Shown: positions 55,811 through 64,000 of the stretch, one piece after another
How positions within the stretch are numbered: the stretch's first letter is position 1
How the letters are laid out: each line of letters starts with the position of its first letter
Source: Octopus vulgaris
Lineage: Eukaryota
DNA: 64,000 nt
Assembly (NCBI GenBank): GCA_951406725.2
Contig: OX597819.1
Span: forward strand, 44,082,001-44,146,000
Direction: 5' to 3'
Notes under the pieces: model-generated
What the model was told of the DNA's origin: nothing
The model's input: the letters and a program-made list of their open reading frames with translations, nothing else
The model's database searches: none
Translations under genes and position numbers: made by a program

Positions 55811-55900
55811 TCCATATCGGCTAACTCTGATGAGCGTAAGGTTACATACTCGGGTTGTATTCTTTGCACGAAACCGATTGGTAAGATCAGCTGTGATGGA
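55811..55900 (+). ncRNA. Type-I hammerhead ribozyme motif, partly degenerate
   Basis: Extended stem I (tccatatcggctaact / agatcagctgtgatgga), CUGAUGA at 55827-55833, long stem II, GAAA at 55870, stem III CC-GAUU-GG and a GUA triplet ending at 55883. Confidence 0.6.
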
Positions 55901-55999
55901 TATATATAATACTGTACATTTCGGATAATATACCCGCTCTATTGACAGATATACGAGTGCATCTCTTCCCTGGCTTATGATCTCTTAGACGACTTACGC

Positions 56000-56250
56000 G
56001 AGTAGGCCCTGCCCTGTTTAACATTGTCCTGAAAGAAATCAGAGAGGAATAGGATCCCATCACCTTTAAACGGAGTCTGGACAGATTTCTTCAAGGAATA
56101 GCGGATAAGCTACCTATACCTGGATACAACTCACTCAACAAGAACTCACTACTTGAATGGACCATAAACAAAACTTGACTTAAACAGGATTTAGATAATC
56201 CTATCAGGTTAGACATGGTCTGAACCAATCTTTGGTCAAAACGTATCTAA
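56000..56250 (+). mobile_element. 3' end of a CR1-like LINE
   Basis: GPALFNIVLKEIREE*DPITFKRSLDRFLQGIADKLPIPGYNSLNKNSLLEW followed by a short 3' UTR. Confidence 0.7.
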
Positions 56251-56379
56251 GTTTTATAATAGTTTTATATATATATGTATATATAAATATATGTGCATTC
56301 ATATAGACATGTATACGTACTTATTTACGTATGTATTTATAAATATATAAATACATATATACAGACACATATGTGTGTA

Positions 56380-56429
<50 letters not shown>

Positions 56430-56433
<4 letters not shown>

Positions 56434-56522
56434 ACGCTGAGGAGGAAAATAGTCAGGTAAGACATAATTATTTAATTTTTATGCTCTGCAATGACTTAAT
56501 TCCGAAACGTACGTCCGTAGGT
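56430..56522 (+). ncRNA. Type-I minimal hammerhead ribozyme motif with palindromic loop III
   Basis: AUCUACG-CUGAGGA-GGAA..AGUCA...UGACU..UUCC-GAAAC-GUAC-GUC-CGUAGGU: 7-bp stem I, intact core and a GUC cleavage site after 56515. Confidence 0.75.
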
Positions 56523-56697
56523 GACTTAATATAGAATGATTTTTGTCATTTCTTTCTCTTTTGCCTGCGTCGTTTGCTTTTTAAGTGCTTTGGTTTTACT
56601 GGGATCTCCCTTTTAAGTAGAAAGAATAGCCAAAACTTTTTGACTGCTATTCCTAAATTCGGTGTGTGGTGAGGCAAATTGTTGCTAAACCCCTAAT

Positions 56698-56753
<56 letters not shown>

Positions 56754-57262
56754 GCATATATTTGTGTGTGTGTGTGTGTGTAAATTCACTTTTGTATGTA
56801 TATGTATCTATACGCGTGTGTCTATCTGAGGCTGTGCACCTGTATGTTAGTGCCCATGTGTGCATGTGTAGGTGTATGTATGTGCGCGCGTGTGTCTGTA
56901 CGTGGTTGTGTGTATGCGTGTGAAAATGTGTGTAAGATTATGTGTAAGTACAGCAACATAATCTTAACACCTTTTTGCACGCCCCTTTCAGCTGTGATTA
57001 TTTTCATATAGTCATTTCAGGCAATACTTATCTCTCTCTCTCTGTCTGTCTCTCTGTATCCGTCTCTCACACACACACACTCCCTCTGCTCTTCTCTCCC
57101 TTTCTCTCTCCCTCTCTCTCTCTCTCTCTCACACACACACATCTTTTCTATTTCTTCCTACAGCACTCTCCACCTCTCCATTTCACAGCAACAGCTAAAG
57201 CTACAAAAACAAAACACACAAACGACATAACACTAACTACATTTACCCATTTACATAAACAA

Positions 57263-57293
57263 TACCACCACCACCACCACCATCACCACCACC

Positions 57294-57324
<31 letters not shown>

Positions 57325-57860
57325 GCAACAACAATATTACATAAATGTTAGAGTTGTTACCACGACAATCACTGCCGAGGCCACCACCATCACCAGCAGC
57401 TCTGCCGGTACCATCACCAACAAATTTACCATCGCCACCTCCACCAAAACCACCACCACCACCACCACCACCACCATTACCACCACCACCACCACCACCA
57501 CCATCGCCACTACCACCACCATTACCACCACCACCACCACCATTACCAACACCACCACCACCACCACCGCCACTACCACCACCACCACCACCATTACCAC
57601 CACCCCCACCACCATTACCATCATCACCACCACCATCACCACCGTTACCACCACCACCACCACCACCAATATAACAGCTGTCACGACAATCACCACCAAA
57701 GATAGCGCAGTGGCGGCAGCAGCACCGCCACCACCAACAAATCTGCTACTGCTACTAGTACTGCCGCCGCCGCCGCCGACCGCCACTACCTCCCCGCCAT
57801 CACCACCACCACCACCACCACCACCACCACCACCACCGCCACCGCCACTACCACCCACTA
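57263..57860. repeat. Imperfect (ACC)n microsatellite
   Basis: Directly visible; source of the poly-T, poly-P and poly-H ORFs. Confidence 0.9.
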
Positions 57861-58115
57861 GAACCCCTCGACAATTGCTAGGCTCTGTGAGAATTCCTGG
57901 CTACCATCAGCGACTATTTTGCTAATACCATTTGTTGGCTGCAGGGTGCCACAGCTAATTAATGTCTTCTGCTTTTCTAGCCAAATCTAGCTAATTGCTT
58001 CCGAAAAACTAAAATTTCTGTATGCATGTATGTATGTATGTATGTATGTATGTATGTATGTATGTATGTATGTATGTATGTATGCACGTATGTATTGTTG
58101 GATGGATGGAAAAGG

Positions 58116-58154
<39 letters not shown>

Positions 58155-58177
58155 CAGAAAGAGAGCGAGTGAGAGAA

Positions 58178-58234
<57 letters not shown>

Positions 58235-58261
58235 CACTCACATATATATATAGATATATAT

Positions 58262-58323
<62 letters not shown>

Positions 58324-58347
58324 TCACATATATATATAGATATATAT

Positions 58348-58428
<81 letters not shown>

Positions 58429-58727
58429 CATATGTATATATGTGTGTGTGTGTGTACATGTGTGTATAAAATGATGTATTGATGGATACGGCATTATATA
58501 TATTTATACACACAAACACACACACACACATATATACATATATATATCTGTACACAGATGTACAGACACAAGCGCAAACATCCATTCGCGTACGTACCCG
58601 TATATGTGTGTTATGTAATTAATTATAATTTATAGGTAATACCCTTGTATACTGGTGTGTATATAAGGTTATGCAATACAAGCGACCCACATACACTGTC
58701 GTTTACACCATATAAAAAGTATATAAC

Positions 58728-58761
<34 letters not shown>

Positions 58762-58801
58762 AACACGCACATATTGGTTCTTGTGTGTGTATATATTTAT
58801 C

Positions 58802-58910
<109 letters not shown>

Positions 58911-59064
58911 ATGGATGAATGAATGTATATTTATTCTTAAGTATACACCTATTGAGCAAGTATTTCACCTCTGATCTAAGTTTGATTAAACCCAATTTGT
59001 CTTGTAACGTTAATATTTCTCGGTCATATATCAAATTGTAAGCAAAGGCTGATTGTTCGTAGCC

Positions 59065-59192
<128 letters not shown>

Positions 59193-59338
59193 ACAGATAC
59201 ATATTTACACACATGCCTAAGCATGAATATATATTTGATAAAATCACACACATGTTTATATGTGTGTGTATGTGTGTGTATGTGTGTGTATGTGTGTGTG
59301 TAGGTGTACATATGTCTGCGTATGTGTGCGCGTATGTA

Positions 59339-60240
59339 CAGTGGCGTCATTTAGTTTAAAGGCAAGTGTGTACTGATGATTAAACGTTAATTATTTCCGT
59401 TTATTTAATCACTTACGATTAAAATTATATATGAATATAAATAGATTTTTTCCCTCTTCCATATCAAGCAAGCTGAAGCATTACATTTTTAATTAACATA
59501 ATTCATTTCTTATTAGTATTATTAATAAACCCACAGAAAAGCAACTTCATTTAATTGATGAACATATTAGAAAAATATTTGATTGTTACATTGTTACTCT
59601 ATCGAATTAAGACATGCTATTAATCACTGTTTGATTATATCATCTTTAAGTCTGCATTAATGGATAAATGCAAACGATTATAATCAAAAATGCGCTTAAG
59701 AATGGTTCAGATCCATCGGCTGAAATGGTATTTTGTGCCATTGTTGCTGAGATGGGATGTTCAACAACACTCAGTAGCCACTGTCCATCAATTTGTGGAT
59801 ATCTCCAGTGAAATTCGTGGCTATTCTCTCCCGAAACTTCTACAGAAGGACAAGAAAGTGATCGCTGTTTGGATGATTGCTGTTCAAATTTTGGACTACA
59901 TTCGACCGAATTATCGCATGCAGTGGTAAGAATCTCTCAAGAGAGGTTAGCGGCAGAAGTTCTTCAAAAAAGAAACCCCATTCAGGCAAATGTTTCGGCC
60001 CTTAATTTCTTAAGTTTGTTACTTACCAACAAATATCGTCTAAGCAGTTTGTGATTCGAGACGCCTGTTGCTCGTAGAAATACAATATATTTCCCTGAAA
60101 AACCGACATAGAGGTGTTCAGTCTGCTTGGGATTACAAGAAATAGACGTTGCCAGATTGGTAAAAGCATCGCCACTCGATATTAGATTTGTTCTCCTGTG
60201 ACAGGCGAGTGTCTGTTCGATGACGGGTGGGATCAGACTT
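59339..60240 (+). mobile_element. Old, highly decayed Tc1-like element (5' part)
   Basis: Starts TA|CAGTGG; broken translation near 60120-60225 gives AWDYKK*TLPDW*K...RRVSVR, like the Tc1 W...DW...FSDE region. Confidence 0.45.
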
Positions 60241-60290
60241 TTTATACAGAGTACGAAAGAATTTGACTGTTTAGTGTAGTATTGAAATTA

Positions 60291-61979
60291 TACTGACTAA
60301 AATAAGTTTAAGGCTGATGATGACAGTTCTATTCCTTCATTAATATATTTTTAACAAAACTGTATAAAATTATTTTACGTAGAATTTGTTTCTCTTTCGA
60401 ATGGTATAGGTGTTATATATCTTTCTACAATTCGAATAATTTTAATGCCTATTAATTCAAACGATTAAAAATTGTCGACAAAATAAGTTTAAGACCGTAC
60501 CAAGATTATGCAAATTAATAAACCGGTCGTACTGCACTGTTTTGTTTCATAATCGCGCATTGTTACACTGATACATTGTAGTATCAGCCCAGTTACTAGA
60601 TCAAATATCGTGTTGCTTCATCAGCAAAATGTGTCCTTCATGAAGGATGCAATCAGGATGCAGCAAAACGGCTTGTGTTCAAGCATGAAAGCTTTACCAA
60701 GCCACTGGCCAATACAAAGATCGGCAAAGAACGGGTTCTCCGAGAAAAACAACAGTACAGATGGATCGGCGAATTCATAGGCTCTCTGAAGGTAATCGAA
60801 TGCTAACAGCAGTGGACACTTGCTAGGAATAATCTGATGAAACTGACATCAGTTTTACACCACAAACTGTCAGAAACAGCCTAAAAGAACTTGGACTGTT
60901 CGGCCGGATCGCTCTAAAGAAGCTGATAATTCTGAGATGAACCGGCAGAAGCGGATCAAGTTTGCTAAAAGCCATATTGAATGGACGGCGGAAGACTGGT
61001 CAAAAGTACTTTGGAGCGACGAATCCCGCTTTTGCATCTTTGAATCAAACAGAAAGAATTATGTTAGACGCTGTCCACCTGAAGAATTCTATCCTAAGTG
61101 TGTCAAGAAAACGACGCAAGCGGGAGGGGGGGGTTACTTGTTGGGCTGCGTTCAGCAGCTTAGGTGGTGGTCCAGTTGTTAAGGTTGATGGTAGACTGAA
61201 CAGTAAATGAAAATGTGCTGCCATATTTAAATAATTAAATGCCATCAGGATCTATTTTCTAGCAGGACAATTGCTCCGTTCGTAAGGCTAGGAAAGTTTT
61301 GCAATAACCTGGTGGTTATTGAGTCGCCTCCGCAGAGCCCGGATTTCAATCCGATACAAAATTTATGGAATTATGTTTCTAAAAGAAACTGCCTAAAAGA
61401 ACTTGGACTGTTCGGCCGGATCGCTCTAAAGAAGCCGATAATTCTGAACCGGCGGAAGCGGATCAAGTTTGCTAAAAGCCATATTGAATGGACGGCCGAA
61501 GACTGGTCAAAAGTTCTTTGGAGCGACGGATCCCGCTAAAAAAAAACAAAAAAACCCAACACATTTGTCCCAATTATATAATTTTATTGAAGAAATATGG
61601 CAGAACATTTCAAGTGATTTTTGTACTCATTTGGCATGTCCCGCCGTTGTAAAGCAGTAATTCAAAATAATGGCTATGGAACTAGATACTACTAATAAAT
61701 TTTTGTTCATTGATCATTTGTGCCGTAAATTTTCAATTTAAACAGAATAATGTTGGTACGGTATTAAACTTATTTTGCCGGCAATTTTTAATCATTTGAA
61801 TTAATTGCGTATTAAAATTATTCAAATTGTAGAAAGATATATAACGTCCGTATCATTCGAAAGAGAAAAAAATCTACATAAACTATAAAAAGTAAAATAA
61901 TCGTATACGGCTTTGTTAAAAATAAATTAATGAAGGAATAGAGCTGTCATCATCCGTCTTAAACTTATTTTGGCCAGTG
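60291..61979 (+). mobile_element. Tc1-like transposon with long IR/DR-type TIRs and a transposase pseudogene
   Basis: TIRs of about 220-230 bp (60291-60509, 61748-61979) flanked by TA, each with AAAATAAGTTTAA at both ends; motifs RTGSPRKTT, WSKVLWSDESRF, WAAFSSLGGGP, PPQSPDFNPIQNLW, NNGYGTRY. Confidence 0.92.
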
Positions 61980-62159
61980 TATGAGATTACATTTCTGTAA
62001 AACGACTGCTTCCAGACACGATGGAAGTATGGTTACTCTTAAGATACTGAGAACAATGTTTCCATATGTCAAGACTCGATTAGACAACTTGTGGATATGT
62101 TTCACACGAGAAACAACCCGAAGCGCATCGGTGGAACAATCAGCAAAGTGATCAAAAGA

Positions 62160-62370
62160 CAAGGGGGTGCTGAAAAGGGGATGCTGAAAAGTCCCTGATT
62201 TTGGGTAAAACAAAATACAGGAAATATCAGTTAATTGTGGTTTTATTAAACATATTCCCCTCTCAGATTCGCACACTTATTGCAGCGGTCCTTCTGTTTT
62301 TCTAAACACTGTAAAAGAACTCGAAAGTTCGTGACACCCTTAAAGCCAGGAAGTTTTTAGTGCCCCCTTG
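62160..62370. mobile_element. Tc1/mariner-type MITE
   Basis: Left end CAAGGGGGTGCTGAAAAG (with a short local duplication); right end reverse complement TA-CAAGGGGGCACTAAAAACTTCCTGGCTTT. Confidence 0.6.
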
Positions 62371-62624
62371 TAAAAAGATCCAACTGCTGCATAGACCAGC
62401 ATAAATCAGGGATTCAAATCCAATCGAAAAGTAATAGAATTGGGTCGATATTATTCTTCAACGAAGGAAACACAGAAAGATTGAATACGGTGTATTATAT
62501 ATAAATTATGTGATCAAGCTTCTTAAAGGTTCAGTGCCCCTTGATGTGGTCAAAATTTCTTGAAGCTAATTTAAAATTTTCCTCTTTATACCTACCTAAC
62601 TGAAAATAATAAAATCATCATCAT

Positions 62625-62993
62625 CTTGAGAGGCGGTTGGATGGAACCTACACTCGCCTCCTTATGAGAGCTCAAAATCTCTCGTGGAAGCGTCATCCAA
62701 CCAAAATGCAAATATATGGGAAACTACCACCTGTGTCATCTCTTGTGAAAGGTAGGAGAGTCCAGTTTGCTGGACATTGCTGTAGAGCTGAAAAATAAGT
62801 AATTTCTACTTTTCTCCTCTGGAAGCCATCTACTCGCAATACCAGAGGGCGCACACTCTCCTACCCTGATGTAATCTCCAGGGATACAGGCATCCAGCAA
62901 CAAGACCTCCGTAATGCCATGATGGACCGTGAAGTCTGGCGTAGCATGGTAAATTCTATTGTCTCGACCACGGTCGAACAATGATGATGATGA
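62625..62993 (+). mobile_element. 5'-truncated RTE-clade LINE 3' end with (TGA)n tail
   Basis: LERRLDGTYTRLLMRAQNLSWKRHPTKMQIYGKLPPVSSLVKGRRVQFAGHC...AMMDREVWRS; one internal stop. Confidence 0.85.
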
Positions 62994-63074
62994 ATAGTAA
63001 TAGTAATAGTAATAATAATATTAATGATAATGATAATGATAATGATAATGCTAATGATAATAATAATAATAGTG

Positions 63075-63110
<36 letters not shown>

Positions 63111-64000
63111 GAACACCGGGGGACTTTTAAGGAAGAACACCGGGGGACTTTTAAGATGTAAGAAGGAAAATTCAGAGCTCCGAAACCTATCCACAAACAT
63201 CGAAAACAAGGACATCCTATGGAGCCAAAGTTTTACTAACAAAGAATTGGACTGTATCCGAGTAAGTAATACAAACTGAAATTTATTACTATTTTCGAAA
63301 CGAAATGATGTATTTTGACTCGATATCATCTCCACCTCTAACGCAACACATGTAAGCATGCGTGAAACATCACGATCATCTCCGACCCCAAACACCATGT
63401 AGAAAGGAACTACGAAGAAATTAAATGCCACCGATACTATTCAACCCAAGAATAACAATCGAGCGGTACGTACATTAAACCTACAACAAAAAATGTACGA
63501 AAAACTACACGTGCGAAATAATGTGACAACAGAAATAAACGGACCGGTACCCTACGAAAATGACGACCGTCAAAATAATGGGCCGGACGTTGTACCTCAT
63601 GTCCCGCAAATAAAACCCAAAAGACGTAAATGGACACGTGAGGAATACATTTCTATCTTACACGCATACTTCACAGCAGTACTCTACCCAAAAAATGAAA
63701 ATACAACAACACATACATATAAAATATGGAAGGAAAATAATAGAGATATAGACTTGGATACAGCAATGAACCCTAATAAATTAGCTAACGTACGAAGATA
63801 CATTCTCAACACAAAAAAAATATCAGAAATAGAAATAGAACACCTAAAAGAAAACATACACCAGGAAAATGTAGATAGAAGCCACACAACAATGCCCAAT
63901 AATATAAACACTGAAACTGTAAAACACGAAGACAAACGCAACATTCCCAACAAACACGATGTAAACAACGAAGGGGAGCCTAATGATTATGATAATATAA
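63111..64000 (+). mobile_element. 5' end of an R4/Dong-like retrotransposon directly after a (TAA)n tract; runs off the window
   Basis: Abrupt junction after (TAA)n, duplicated gaacaccgggggacttttaag, and an open frame with an R4-type N-terminal Myb-like motif. Confidence 0.75.
63493..64000 (+). CDS. N-terminus of a putative R4/Dong-like retrotransposon protein (partial, no stop in window)
   Basis: Frame is open from 63403 to the window end, first ATG at 63493: ...PKRRKWTREEYISILHAYF...YKIWKE...NKLANVRRYILNTKKISEIEIEHLKE. It is missing from the ORF track, probably because it lacks a stop. Confidence 0.6.
   Translation, partial: MYEKLHVRNNVTTEINGPVPYENDDRQNNGPDVVPHVPQIKPKRRKWTREEYISILHAYFTAVLYPKNENTTTHTYKIWKENNRDIDLDTAMNPNKLANVRRYILNTKKISEIEIEHLKENIHQENVDRSHTTMPNNINTETVKHEDKRNIPNKHDVNNEGEPNDYDNI

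Noticed and set aside
56975-57925. 316-aa Thr/Pro/His-rich mucin- or extensin-like ORF
   Set aside because: Derived from (ACC)n and (CT)n repeats, open in several frames and on both strands; no coding evidence.

Overview
AT-rich, extremely microsatellite-dense animal genomic DNA. The tRNA-derived SINE families, (TACA)n/(TA)n/(TAA)n arrays and LINE repertoire look like a cephalopod, most likely Octopus (inference from repeat recognition, not a database result). No host protein-coding exon could be supported. Almost all ORFs in the supplied track are translations of simple repeats, so the window is probably intergenic or intronic. It is a mosaic of SINEs (at least four families), restriction-like-endonuclease LINE fragments (R4/Dong-like, plus a second family that sits in (TACA)n arrays), RTE, CR1-like and Tx1-like fragments, a decayed full-length mariner, Tc1 elements, Helitrons and MITEs. 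The most interesting items are: three different type-I hammerhead ribozyme motifs within 2.3 kb (54.3-56.5 kb); stacked 3' ends of a (TACA)n-associated LINE; the 5' end of an R4/Dong-like element with an open ORF starting right after a (TAA)n tract; a SINE with a 100-bp target-site duplication; a 135-bp templated inverted duplication; and a tRNA-Glu pseudogene directly upstream of a SINE. All coordinates and folds were worked out by eye; ends of degenerate repeats are approximate.
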